Under the pieces are notes generated by a model, which saw only the letters and a list, made by a program, of their open reading frames with translations, was not told where the DNA came from and made no database searches. A stretch of DNA of 62,329 bases, filler included, from Stramenopiles sp. TOSAG23-2 (Eukaryota): the NCBI GenBank assembly GCA_900128395.1. It is 5 parts of 5 records of this genome, joined end to end, with 100 filler letters (N's around TTAATTAATTAA, not from the genome) between each part and the next. Parts side by side here need not be neighbours in the genome. Positions count along the whole stretch, not along the records: positions 1 to 12,409 come from LT649856.1; positions 12,510 to 24,916 come from LT649857.1; 3 more parts are not named here. One strand, 5' to 3'. A program made the position numbers and the translations under genes. Position 1 is the first letter of the stretch. The number at the start of each line of letters is the position of its first letter. Below, piece by piece: positions 10,567 through 21,667 of this stretch.

Positions 10567-12057
10567 ATGGCTTCGTTTACCTCAATGTTTTCAACACCTT
10601 CACCGCATCAAGATGTAGTGGATAGTGCGACATCTGAACTGTTAATGAGTCAAGATTGGACGAAAACTTTTGAAATTATTGACATTATAAACCGAGATCC
10701 ATCATGCTGCGCAGACATGATTAAAGCCTTGAAAAAGCGCATTGATTCAAGAAACACTTTGATCATTGTTAGAACTTTACAGTTAATAGATGCATTAATC
10801 AAAAACTGCAGCTTTGAACTTCATAAAGCTATGTCTGATAAATGGTATTCATTATTGGAAAAGCTTGCACTTGGTCGAAGGGGACCTGAAGCACAAAACG
10901 AGGCTTTATTATTGATTCAGCGTTGTGGTAAAGCATTTAAAGGTATGCAACGCGAAGCACCGATGTTTTATCGATTGTATGATAGTTTACGAAAAGATCG
11001 AACGCGTTTTCCAGAAGATGATGAAGCGACAAATAGTGCTATGTTGGCCCCACCAAAGGCTGTCATTGCAGAAGCACAAAGAGAACGTCAGATTGCTGCG
11101 AAACAAAAAAAACAACAAAAAATCAAAGAATTCCATAACAAAAAAGTTGCGGCATCTGACAAGCGCAAGCAAGCAAACACCAGACATAATGCGTTGGCAA
11201 AGTTGCATAAAGAGCTTAAAATGGTTGAAGAAAGAGCAACAAGATTTAAGACTTTGAAATTAGCGCCTGGAAGTGATGTATATTTAGACGAAGTGGATTT
11301 TTTAGAACAATGTCATATTCGTTTGCAAGAACTTATTGGTTCTATATCTCAATTTGCATTTGACGAAACATTGCTCTCACGTATATTGAATATAAATGAC
11401 ACTGTTGGGGAAGCCTTAGCATCCGTTAAGAGTAACAATAGTAGTACTAGCAGTAAAAGTAGCAGCAATAAGAATAGTAAAAGCAACGTCGCCAAGAATA
11501 ATGATAATGTTACAAACGATCTCTTAGATCTATCTGATATGGATATTGGAACACGAAAAATATCAACATCATCCAAAGTTGTTAATAATAACAACAACAA
11601 CAACAATATGGCTATTTTAGGCAACAACAATATAAACATAAGCAATAACAACAATACGACAAATAATAATGATAATAACAATGCCATAAATATAAGCAAC
11701 GATAAGAATGAAGAATCAGACAATTTAAAATCCACAAATACTTCAGACAACCCGTTTGATATATTTGGCACAACGTCGACTTATGGTGTCACTAATAATA
11801 ATAGTAACCACGTGATGAACAATAACAACAATAATGGCAATAATAGTAACAATAATGGAACTCAAATAAAACCTCCAATAACACAACAAGTGAATAAGTC
11901 AAACGATGATTTATTAGATGATTTTTTTAGTGGAAACGATAATAATTCTGGTGGTGCAATTCCATTGCCATCAAGCGATAATAATATTCAAAAACAGCAG
12001 CAACCATTGGAGAAGAAAAAAACAGGGGATGATTTGTTGGACGAGTTCTTTTCATAG
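10567..12057 (+). CDS. TOM1-like VHS-GAT ubiquitin/cargo adaptor
   Basis: VHS domain (VDSATSELL...DW...FEIID.IN, L.LIDAL.KNC) and GAT-like region (DE.LL..IL.IND). The Asn-rich tail carries DLLDL, NPF and DDLLD[DE]FF motifs. Confidence 0.88.
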   Translation: MASFTSMFSTPSPHQDVVDSATSELLMSQDWTKTFEIIDIINRDPSCCADMIKALKKRIDSRNTLIIVRTLQLIDALIKNCSFELHKAMSDKWYSLLEKLALGRRGPEAQNEALLLIQRCGKAFKGMQREAPMFYRLYDSLRKDRTRFPEDDEATNSAMLAPPKAVIAEAQRERQIAAKQKKQQKIKEFHNKKVAASDKRKQANTRHNALAKLHKELKMVEERATRFKTLKLAPGSDVYLDEVDFLEQCHIRLQELIGSISQFAFDETLLSRILNINDTVGEALASVKSNNSSTSSKSSSNKNSKSNVAKNNDNVTNDLLDLSDMDIGTRKISTSSKVVNNNNNNNNMAILGNNNINISNNNNTTNNNDNNNAINISNDKNEESDNLKSTNTSDNPFDIFGTTSTYGVTNNNSNHVMNNNNNNGNNSNNNGTQIKPPITQQVNKSNDDLLDDFFSGNDNNSGGAIPLPSSDNNIQKQQQPLEKKKTGDDLLDEFFS

Positions 12058-12184
12058 TACTGTTCGTATGATATCATAGGAATATATCATACGTCATAAT
12101 AAATTATTTAAAAAGTAATGGTACTTCTCGAGGTATGATGTATACGAACACTTCCTTAATAATGTATATATATATTAAATATAT

Positions 12185-12403
12185 ATGCTTGTAGAGTATT
12201 AGTTTGCAGAGGTGCATTAGAGCTTTACTATAGTAGGATAGATTATTATTTTTGCGATTGAGTATTGAGCATCATATTACTTAACACGAGAAGTGAAAAA
12301 TGATTATATTTAAATATTTATTAAATTATTTATTTAAAATGATGATATTATCAGTGATGGTTAAAATCTAAGTTATAATAATTTTACACTTCTCGTGTTA
12401 AGT
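12185..12403 (+). repeat. Dispersed repeat family A, copy 1 (with internal inverted module); contig 1 ends here
   Basis: atgcttgtagagta..ttagtttgcagaggtgcattagagctttacta..tagtaggata..gattgagtattgagcatcatatta is shared with 17521-17700 and 54852-55130. acttaacacgagaagtg (12279) is inverted at 12387-12403. Confidence 0.85.
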
Positions 12404-12409
12404 CTTGTG

Positions 12410-12509
12410 NNNNNNNNNNNNNNNNNNNNNNNNNNNNNNNNNNNNNNNNNNNNTTAATTAATTAANNNNNNNNNNNNNNNNNNNNNNNNNNNNNNNNNNN
12501 NNNNNNNNN
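12410..12509. other. Artificial contig linker (44N-TTAATTAATTAA-44N)
   Basis: Identical 100-nt spacer with stops in all frames, recurring four times. Confidence 0.99.
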
Positions 12510-12510
12510 G

Positions 12511-15500
12511 CAATATTACAACACGCTTACAGAAACAAATTCATATGATATGCCGAAAGAAGGTTTAGGTTTTCGTTTAGATGAATATGAACCATATGTG
12601 AAAAAATTTAGTAAAGATATGGGTTTAGAAGATGAAGAAGAGACGAAAAAAGCATCCTTTTTATTGTTAGAACTTGGTGGTGGTGTTACGAATATTAATA
12701 ATAATAAAAAGAAAATGGTAAAAGCCGGCGTCGTACCAACACATCCTGTACCAAAACAACCACATGTTCGTAATAACGAATCCATCCCATATTCAGAATA
12801 TGATAATGTGGAAGTGGAAAAAGCAAAAGCAAAATTACGTAATATAACGTTAGCTGGTAAAAAATTATTGGCAACATTACGTCAAAAATTAATTGAAGCG
12901 GAAAAAGCTTTATTAATTGCTAAAGTTAATTTCAACGATGCAAGTAAAGCATTAACATTTGGTATTGATGTAGGCATGTCACCTATGCAAATGGCGCGCG
13001 TGGAATATAATAAAGCGGTGAAAGATGTGAAACAATTAAAAGCAAATAGGTTGAAATTAAATGGTAAGATTCGTGTAGCGAAGGAGAAAGCACAAGAATA
13101 CACACAACAAGTTTTGAAAACGATGAATGATTTGACAGGTGGAGTCGACGTTTTAAAAGATGGTAGTGAAGGTGAATTTAGCAAGTTAGTAACTGTATTT
13201 AAAATGTCTCATGGTAAATTAATTGAAGCGGAAACCAATGCAATTGAAAGTAAAAAGAAACTTGATTTATTAGACAAGGAAGGGAAAGAATTGGATGTTG
13301 ATTTAGGTAAATTACGTTTAAAATTAAAAAGTTTCGAAGCGAATAAAGTTGTTGTAATGGCGAAGTTACGTAGTGCCAAAAGAAAGGTAGTTGCTGCACA
13401 GAAGGCACTTAGTAAAGCGGAAGCGGAGATGGCGAAAGCTGGGGCTGATGCTGGGGTTGATGCTAAATTTGTTGTGGAGGCCGCGAAGGCGACGTTGAAG
13501 GAAGCGAATGAAGAAGTGCGGGTTTTGGTTTCGAATCTGGATAATATTAATACGGAGGCAAATCGTGCTGGTATTGATATTAGCAATTTAGAAGGTAGAA
13601 GGGCAAAAGTGGTGGAGGAGGTGAAAGAATTGCAAAGTGTTCATTCGGAGAATGTTCACCAACATGCAGCACATGCATTGAAGCATGAGAAAATTGCCGC
13701 GGCAGTGAAAGAGCATAGCCAAAGGTTGGGGATGGGTAAATATGCGTTGAAATCACATGCTGGTGATAAATTGCGTCGTCTTCGTGCAACATTGCAATGG
13801 CAAATGGCGGAAGATGATTTTAAAGTAGCGTTGGAAGGTTTGAGTACAGCAACGGAAAGGTTGGAGATTTGCAACGCCAGGTTGATGAAAATCAGTAAAA
13901 TGCCTGGTGTTAAGAAGGAGGATATTGCTTTGGCGAAGGAGGAGCAGGCAAAGGCTGACGCGTTAGTTGTTCTAGCTACGAAGGACATGGACGAGAAACG
14001 TGAGGTTCTGAGGAGGAAGAAAGAACAAGCGTATTTGATGGGTCACGGGGATCCAATGCCGGATCTCTCGATGGGAGGGGAGGGGAGTAATGGTACTGCC
14101 ACGTCTGCCGCAGAGGATGCGAAGAGGAAGGCGCAGAAGGAGGTGGAGGAGGCCGATTTGAAAGTCGCAAGGAGGAAAAGCCATATGATGGATATGGCCG
14201 AGTACTTAAAGACAATGAAGGCGCAGATGAAGGCGATGAAGAGGAAGCTTCTAGCTTTAAAACGGCTTGGTGGCAAGCGTTTAGTAGCGATGATGAAGAA
14301 GATAGCTGCTAGGAAGAGGAAGGAGGCGGAGATGGCTCGGGACTTAGAAAGGCAGCGCCAGGAAAGTTTGGCAGAGGAAAAGGCCCGAAGAGCAGCAATC
14401 GCCCGATTGGCTGCAGCCGAAACGAAGGCGAAGAAGGCAGAGGAAGGGAGGAAAGCTGCGGAGGCGGCAAAGGCGAAGGAGGAAGGTATCGCTGGGCTGT
14501 TTGGTTTGGCGACGGGGGGAAGTACGGGAAGTACAGGCGCTAGTGGATCCACAGGAAGTACTGGGAGTACTGGATCGGCGAGTGGAAGCACGGGAATTGC
14601 TTCCACTGGCCCAGCTATGATCACGAAGATTGTAGCTGCTGCGAAGGAGGAACCAGAGGAAGGCTCTGGGGATCCTACATTGGACGGTAAGCTGGCCAAG
14701 GCGAAGGCAGCTACTGGCATCAATCTTGGGGAGATGATTGGCGCGGCATCGACGGGTGGTGCAAGTGGTGCAACTGGGCTAAGTGCGACGGGACTTAGTG
14801 CCACAGCTAGTACAGGCGGTACTGGGGCAGAGACTGGGGCGGAGACAGGTGCGGAAACGGGTGTGGCAGCAACTGGTGTTGCGAAAACTGGGCCGACTGG
14901 GGCAGCGGTCTTAAACGATTATACCGGCCCTGGTCCAGTAACAGGCCCAACGGGGGTAACAGGCCCAACGGGGGTAAGCAACGCCCAAGCTTTGCACGAT
15001 GCAAAGCTTGCCCTTAAAGAAGCTGAGGATGCTGTTCTTGCGAAGAAGGCATCCAAGAAGCTTGGAGGAGCCTCGCAAGAGGAGGTGGATGCGGCGGTGG
15101 ATGAAGTGGGCAAGGCCCAAGCCATTGTTGATGGGTTGCTGGCGAAGATGAAGCCAAAGCAATTGACAACAACAGCACCAGTGGTAGTGGAGGCAACGGG
15201 TAGTGTGGAGGAGGCGGATGACGGTGATGCGGCGGCATACGTCAATAAAGTTGCAGCTACGAAGCTGCAACTGGAAGGGGACCTTGGCGATTTTGCCACT
15301 GGTATTAGTGGGGCAAGTGGCACAACGGGTGCAAGTGGAAGTACTGGGGCAAGTGGTATCACTGGCGCAAGTGGTAATACGGGGGCAAGTGGTAATACGG
15401 GGTCAAGTGGAAGTACTGGTATTGGTCGTGGAAGCACCAGCACAGGAAGTGTTGGTGCAGCTATTTTAGATGGACCTACAACAAGCGTTAAAAATACTGG

Positions 15501-15879
15501 TGCAAATGGTATAAAAATACTGGTGCAAATGGTTAAAAATACTGGTGCAAATGGTAAAACTGGAGTTACAGGCGCAAGTGGTGTTAAAGTAACAGGCGCA
15601 AGTGGAAGTACAGGCGCAAGCAGTACAGGCGCAAGTGGAAGTACAGGCGCAAGTAGTACAGGCGCAAGTGGAAGTACAGGCGCAACGGGGGTGACGTTTG
15701 GTAAGACCCAGGAGGTTGGGTCATCGTCGACTGGCGGCGCCATTGACATGGATGTGATGGAGAAGGTGGCAAAGAAGGACATCAGCGTCCTAGATAAACT
15801 TAGCACATCAACTGGTGGCGCAACAGGTGTAATGGATGGTGCAGAAACTGGTGGTGCAACTGGAGCAACTGGTGTGTAA
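12511..15879 (+). CDS. 5'-partial large coiled-coil protein with G/S/T/A-rich (GASGSTG) repetitive C-terminal half
   Basis: The frame is open from the contig edge (12511) through the first ATG at 12550. Long heptad region followed by TGASGS/TGPTG repeats. Confidence 0.8.
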   Translation, partial: QYYNTLTETNSYDMPKEGLGFRLDEYEPYVKKFSKDMGLEDEEETKKASFLLLELGGGVTNINNNKKKMVKAGVVPTHPVPKQPHVRNNESIPYSEYDNVEVEKAKAKLRNITLAGKKLLATLRQKLIEAEKALLIAKVNFNDASKALTFGIDVGMSPMQMARVEYNKAVKDVKQLKANRLKLNGKIRVAKEKAQEYTQQVLKTMNDLTGGVDVLKDGSEGEFSKLVTVFKMSHGKLIEAETNAIESKKKLDLLDKEGKELDVDLGKLRLKLKSFEANKVVVMAKLRSAKRKVVAAQKALSKAEAEMAKAGADAGVDAKFVVEAAKATLKEANEEVRVLVSNLDNINTEANRAGIDISNLEGRRAKVVEEVKELQSVHSENVHQHAAHALKHEKIAAAVKEHSQRLGMGKYALKSHAGDKLRRLRATLQWQMAEDDFKVALEGLSTATERLEICNARLMKISKMPGVKKEDIALAKEEQAKADALVVLATKDMDEKREVLRRKKEQAYLMGHGDPMPDLSMGGEGSNGTATSAAEDAKRKAQKEVEEADLKVARRKSHMMDMAEYLKTMKAQMKAMKRKLLALKRLGGKRLVAMMKKIAARKRKEAEMARDLERQRQESLAEEKARRAAIARLAAAETKAKKAEEGRKAAEAAKAKEEGIAGLFGLATGGSTGSTGASGSTGSTGSTGSASGSTGIASTGPAMITKIVAAAKEEPEEGSGDPTLDGKLAKAKAATGINLGEMIGAASTGGASGATGLSATGLSATASTGGTGAETGAETGAETGVAATGVAKTGPTGAAVLNDYTGPGPVTGPTGVTGPTGVSNAQALHDAKLALKEAEDAVLAKKASKKLGGASQEEVDAAVDEVGKAQAIVDGLLAKMKPKQLTTTAPVVVEATGSVEEADDGDAAAYVNKVAATKLQLEGDLGDFATGISGASGTTGASGSTGASGITGASGNTGASGNTGSSGSTGIGRGSTSTGSVGAAILDGPTTSVKNTGANGIKILVQMVKNTGANGKTGVTGASGVKVTGASGSTGASSTGASGSTGASSTGASGSTGATGVTFGKTQEVGSSSTGGAIDMDVMEKVAKKDISVLDKLSTSTGGATGVMDGAETGGATGATGV

Positions 15880-16162
15880 AGTGTGTGTGTAAAGTAAAAT
15901 AAAATTAGTAGTAGTAAAAAAAAGATATATAATATATATATATATATGATATATGAGTACGAACGTAATATTAAAATGTGTTTGTATTAATCACCCACAC
16001 CCTATAATCCATATATTTTTTCTTCTATCGCAATCCAATGTAAATGTTTATTTTAAAAGTATTATTTTTCAACACAACAAAACAAAAATAAAAAATACAT
16101 ATTAAATATATACATAATATACAAACAATATATACAGACATACACACACACACACACACACA

Positions 16163-17427
16163 ATGAATCTTCTTTCCAACAACACCAATATAATAATAGC
16201 CGTGAATGATCCACGTTCCCTTGGTGAAGGTGCTGTATATTGTCCAATCACTAATAAATTATTATGGATTGATATAACAAGGGGTAAAATCTTTATATAT
16301 GATGATCAACATACCAATGAAAATATTCATATTGATTTACGACAAACCATGGGTACCGTCGTACCATATACATCAAATCAACTTGTTGCTGCTGTTGCAA
16401 AAGGTATATGTATTGTTGATATTGCGACTAAACGTATCATTCATGGTTTTAAAAATGGTAATCCAGAAGGACATTTAATAAATAATAGATGGAACGACGG
16501 TAAATGTGATCCACAAGGGAGATTATGGGCTGGCACCATGGATATCAATTGCAATGGACCAGTTGGTGGACTTTATTCCTTTGAATTTATAGAAGGTGAT
16601 GATAACAATGACAACAATAATAATATCATTTGTAAAAAACATCTAAGTAACATAACTGTCAGTAATGGTATTGTATGGACTAAAGATGGTAAAACAATGT
16701 ATTATATCGATACACCAACTATGAATGTTGATGCATTTGATTTTGATGGTACAAATGGTACCATATCAAATCGTAGAATTGTATATACATTTCCTAGTAA
16801 CAATGATGACGATGATGACGATGGCAATGATCAACAACAACAACAACAATCATCATCTACAACAACAACAACAACAACAGTAAAATTTATGGGATATCCA
16901 GATGGTATGACTATTGATGATCAAGATATGTTATGGATTGCTATGTGGGATGGATGGTGTATAATACGTTTGGATCCAATAAAAGGTAATATTATACAAA
17001 AATATCATATACCATCACAACGTGTAACAAGTTGTGCATTTGGTGGAAAAAATTTGAAACAACAACAGTAAAATTTATGGGATATCCAGATGGTATGACT
17101 ATTGATGATCAAGATATGTTATGGATTGCTATGTGGGATGGATGGTGTATAATACGTTTGGATCCAATAAAAGGTAATATTATACAAAAATATCATATAC
17201 CATCACAACGTGTAACAAGTTGTGCATTTGGTGGAAAAAATTTGAAACAATTATATGTAACAACTGCTAATTGTGGTTTACGTTTAGATGTTGGAATGGA
17301 CAAATGGATGAAAGAACAACCAGATGCTGGTAAATTGTTTGTATTGGATTTTGATAATGATGATGATGGTAATAATAATAATATAAAAGGTGTTAAAGCA
17401 AGTCGATTTCGTTATGGATTACAGTAA
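16163..17427 (+). CDS. SMP-30/gluconolactonase (regucalcin-like), interrupted by a 188-bp tandem duplication
   Basis: Motifs LGEGA, NRWNDGKCDPQGRLWAGTM, SNGIVW, GYPDGMTID, VTSCAFGG. Collapsing the 16870-17250 duplication gives one 358-aa ORF. Confidence 0.92.
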
Positions 17428-17520
17428 TCTTTCAAAAAATAAAAAAAAATATTATTTACATAAAGTATTATACTCGCGTATATTATATACGAGTATAATA
17501 CGTATATTATATGCGCGTAC

Positions 17521-17700
17521 GTACTTCGTATTAGTTTGCAATGGTGCATTACGTTTGCAGAGGTGCATTAGAGAGCTTTACTAATAGTAGGATATTGAAT
17601 ATTATTCTTGCAATTGAGTATTGAGCATATTACTTAGCACGGGAAAGTGTAAAATTATATTAATATTTAAAATATATCATAACTTTATAGATTTTAACCA
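17521..17700 (+). repeat. Dispersed repeat family A, copy 2
   Basis: cgtattagtttgca..gcagaggtgcattagag..ctttacta..tagtaggata..ttgagtattgagcat..cacgggaaagtgtaaaatta..tagattttaacca. Confidence 0.85.
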
Positions 17701-17853
17701 ACCTACCTCAGGCAGGATATAACTTATCATATAGATTTTAAACCAACCATAGATTTTAACCAACCTACCTCAGGCAGGATATAACTTATCATATAGATTT
17801 TAAACCAACCTACCTCAGGCAGGATATTACGTTCCACCTACCTCAGGCAGGAT
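17687..17853 (+). repeat. Local tandem repeat: 4 x acctacctcaggcaggat, interleaved with atagatttta(a)acc
   Basis: Seen directly. The last copy overlaps the sulfatase stop codon. Confidence 0.9.
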
Positions 17854-19904
17854 TATACAGGATTTTCGGATAATACCGACTATACAACATCCCTTGAATA
17901 CGTTTCATTAATTTACCTTCATCATTGACCCATGATACACCACGTTGTTCATTTACAAATTGTTGCACTAATCGTTTCCTCCACATCTCTAAAACATCAA
18001 TATATTTATTATCTTTGGATAAATCATTCATTTCATATTGATCATTTGTTAAATTAAATAATTGTTCATCACCAAAATATGCACGATATATATATTTCAT
18101 TTTACCATCCGTCAATGCATTCCAATGATTTGTTATATTATAACATATATCATGTTCTAAATCTATCCATTGACGCCAAGATGTAGTTGTAGCAGTAGTA
18201 TCATCAGAACCATCAATAATGTCCTTCTTGCTACTACTACTACTACTACTAGAGCTACTTCTTCGTAATAAATCTAATATACTTGATCCATTGATATCAT
18301 TTGGTATTAAATTTGTTCCATTAGCAATATCTAAAAATGTTGGAAATAAATCACGTAATTCAACTACTTCCTCCCGTATTTCTACTACTACTACTAGAGC
18401 TACTTCTTCGTAATAAATCTAATATACTTGATCCATTGATATCATTTGGTATTAAATTTGTTCCATTAGCAATATCTAAAAATGTTGGAAATAAATCACG
18501 TAATTCAACTACTTCCTCCCGTATTTGACCACGTTTCCATGATAATATCGTTTCCGGCCAATGAATAATAAATGGAACGTGGCTGCTAAATTCATATGGA
18601 TACCCTTTTCTCCAATGATAATGATCGCCTTGTCCATCACCATGATCAGAGACAAAGATAATAAATGTATTATTTATAAAATTATTTTCTTTCAATGCAT
18701 TGATTATTAATCCTATTTGTTCATCAAGGAATAATATATTTGCAAAATATGAACGTCTTGTAGTCATTGTATCATGATATGGCATGTTTCCACACCATGC
18801 GTCGTTTTTTTGTGGCCCACAATTTATTACATCAGTTTTAAATCGTTCATCCCAATTACCACCAACAATTGGTTTAGAAACTATTTCATTTGGTATTAAA
18901 TTGAAATATTTTAATGGTGGATCATATTGTGAATGTGGACGATGAAACGATACTTTTAAAAAAAATGGTTTTGTAGAATTTATATTTGTCTTTTTCTTCT
19001 TTATATTATTATTATGGTGGATCATATTGTGAATGTGGACGATGAAACGATACTTTTAAAAAAAATGGCTTTGTAGAATTTATATTTGTCTTTTTCTTCT
19101 TTATATTATTATTATTACCACTACTACGACGATACGAATTAATAAATTCAATTGCATGTTTTCCAACCCAAGCAGTAGGATGATACATGTCATCATATGG
19201 ATATATTTTACTAATCCATTCATTATGATTCATAAATCCAAAGTTTGGATCTTACTACGACGATACGAATTAATAAATTCAATTGCATGTTTTCCAACCC
19301 AAGCAGTAGGATGATACATGTCATCATATGGATATATTTTACTAATCCATTCATTATGATTCATAAATCCAAAGTTTGGATCTATACCAGGTTTCATATG
19401 TTGAAACCATTGATCGTAATCATCAAATTCCGTGCTATTTTTAAAACCATCGCCTACTCCATCATACAAAGTACGTTCATCGTATCCATGTTTATTGCCA
19501 GAGTTTGAAGTGAAGTTCCATCCGAAATGATCTTTTCCAATTGCTTCCGTATAATATCCTAATTTTTGTAATAATTTTGGAAATTCACCTTGTGGATAAT
19601 GTAATGCAATTTTACCATAACCTAACATGCCATGAAAATATGGTGATCGACCAGTCAATATTGCTGCTCGTGCAGGTGTGCATGTTGGTGTAGATGAATA
19701 TGCATGTATGAAATCTGCACCATTTTTTGCTAACTTATTTAAAGTTGGTGTAATTTTTGAATCTCGAGCATCAAACCTCATTTGATCTGCCATTAAAAAT
19801 ATTATATTATTCGTTCCTATTGCGAACGTTATTTGTAATAATAATATTATATGATATAAAAAACAACAGATGATGGTGGTGGTGGTGGTGGTGGTTGCAA
19901 CCAT
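17843..19904 (-). CDS. Secreted formylglycine-dependent (S1) sulfatase, interrupted by three tandem duplications
   Basis: Signal-peptide-like N-terminus; motifs MADQMR, CTPARAAILTG, GKDH, SFHRPHS, SDHGD. Collapsing duplications of 131, 100 and 145 bp gives a continuous 561-aa ORF from the ATG at 19904. Confidence 0.9.
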
Positions 19905-20301
19905 GTTATTTGATATTATACGATGACGAGTATGATAAATAATGGTGATTTGGTTGATTGATTTTATATACATGTATATATTTCTGTTTCTCGAGTATTA
20001 TTTATTATCTATAAAATATAATAGTAGATATTTTTTGTAGAAATTCATTATTCAATAAAAAAATAATTCATATATGCACATTATAAATATTATTATTTCA
20101 TTATAAAGCTTCACACAACACTCTTCTCCATCCAAACTCTTCCCAAACAAAATATAAAATAATACCATTTACGAACACTTCGTAAACAATCTATCAATTA
20201 CGACATGCAAATAATATATTTAAAAAAGAGCATTAAACAATGTATATAAATTATCATCACGACAACTTCGTATATATCCACCATTACCATTATACATAAA
20301 T

Positions 20302-20423
20302 ATATATGTAAAACAGGTTTGGGATAATATATATCTACGGCACAAACCTTATTAGGCTGGTCATATATGTAAAACAGGTTTGGGATAATATATATCTACG
20401 GCACAAACCTTATTAGGCTGGTC
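20302..20423. repeat. Exact 61-bp tandem duplication (intergenic)
   Basis: 20302-20362 is identical to 20363-20423. Confidence 0.9.
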
Positions 20424-20470
20424 GGTACTCTCCACAAACCTCTCATCTCAGCTCAGGCAGGTCAATATAT

Positions 20471-21667
20471 TCATTTATGCCCACCAACACCACCACCATA
20501 TCCAATCCTACCAACTATCGTATATTTACTTTTAAATTTTTCCACCCAATCATCTAATGTTTGCAATTCACTTTCATTTAAATCATCAATTGATGGATTT
20601 TCTAAATCTTTCACATCTAATGACATTTTTGCCAATGCTCTACTTGCATCGTATCCAGTAAAAATATGATAATTATTACCTGGTGCATAAAAAGTACTTC
20701 CACTAACATCAAAAACTATACCTTTTGCACCTAAATATACCGGTCCACCATTTAAACCTCTGTACATGGCCAATTCGCTTACGGTAAATGTTTTTTGTGG
20801 CTCTCCTAAACCATACCAATCACGTAATACTGGTAAACTCAACATGTTGTTAATGTAAGATACAATATCTGGAAATTGATCTAAACATGTGGTTGGAATA
20901 TAATCAACATGACCACGTTGAAAAGAACGTAATTGTGGTAAAATATGACAATCGACTATGGTTAATGTATTACCTAAGAAATATTTACCTGTAGTATATA
21001 TTTATATAACTTTGTTAGTAAAAAAAAAGGAAAAAAAAGAATTCTTCGTATAATAACAGAAGGAATATATACATATATATATGACGAAAGATATTTTTGA
21101 TTCAATATTTAATAATATTTGTAGCCAACAAAATAATAAAAAAAAAAAAAACTTACCACCATTTCTTCTTAAATACGATGAATATAAATTCATAAATCGT
21201 GGTAAATCATTCTTTAACCACTGTTCACGTGCACGTTTAGTACGCATTTGACCAAAATCGGTATCTGCACTACCAGATTCATAATAAAAATTCTCTGGCC
21301 TGATTCCCATATACAATGGAACTCTCCAGCTACGATCGAAATCAGTAGCTAATCCTAATAACATATCTACTTGATATGCTAACTCTGGATCATTTGGATA
21401 TAACCCACATCTTCTACCTAAATATCGCAATATAGCCGTCGATTGTCCTTTCACTTCTTTGCCATCTTCTAATAATAATGGTAATACTCCGTGCGGTGTT
21501 ATACCTTTCAAATCTTTCCACTCCGAGTTTCGTATTCTATTGTCATTAAATGGTATCCCACCTAATAAACAACATAAACGTACTTTCTCACCTTGCGCCA
21601 TGCTATGGTTAAAATATGTTATTGTAATAGCATGTTCATGTTGTGTTGATTGTTGCTTTTGAGACAT
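20471..21667 (-). CDS. Two-exon fusion gene: glutathione S-transferase (sigma-like) + MAPR-type cytochrome b5 heme/steroid-binding domain (342 aa; exons 21667-21157 and 20988-20471)
   Basis: Intron 21156-20989 has a GTAAGT donor, TACTAAC branch point (21020-21014) and CAG acceptor. Splicing restores the GST C-domain (GGKYFLGNTLTIVD...CLDQFP.I) in frame with the b5 domain (FYAPGNNYHIFTGYDASRALAKMSL...KY..VG). Confidence 0.88.

Noticed and set aside
14043-15806. Long antisense ORFs (253 and 295 aa) with PVLPLA repeats
   Set aside because: They are shadows of the GASGSTG repeat coding strand.
17687-17853. Four semi-palindromic direct repeats resembling a mini CRISPR array
   Set aside because: The spacers are non-unique and of very unequal length, there are no cas genes, and the context is eukaryotic.
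21002-21156. Hydrophobic C-terminal 'TM tail' of the GST ORF
   Set aside because: It is read-through into an intron with canonical splice signals.
16163-21667. Lactonase-sulfatase-GST/b5 as a metabolic gene cluster
   Set aside because: There is no shared pathway or co-regulation evidence; adjacency alone is insufficient.
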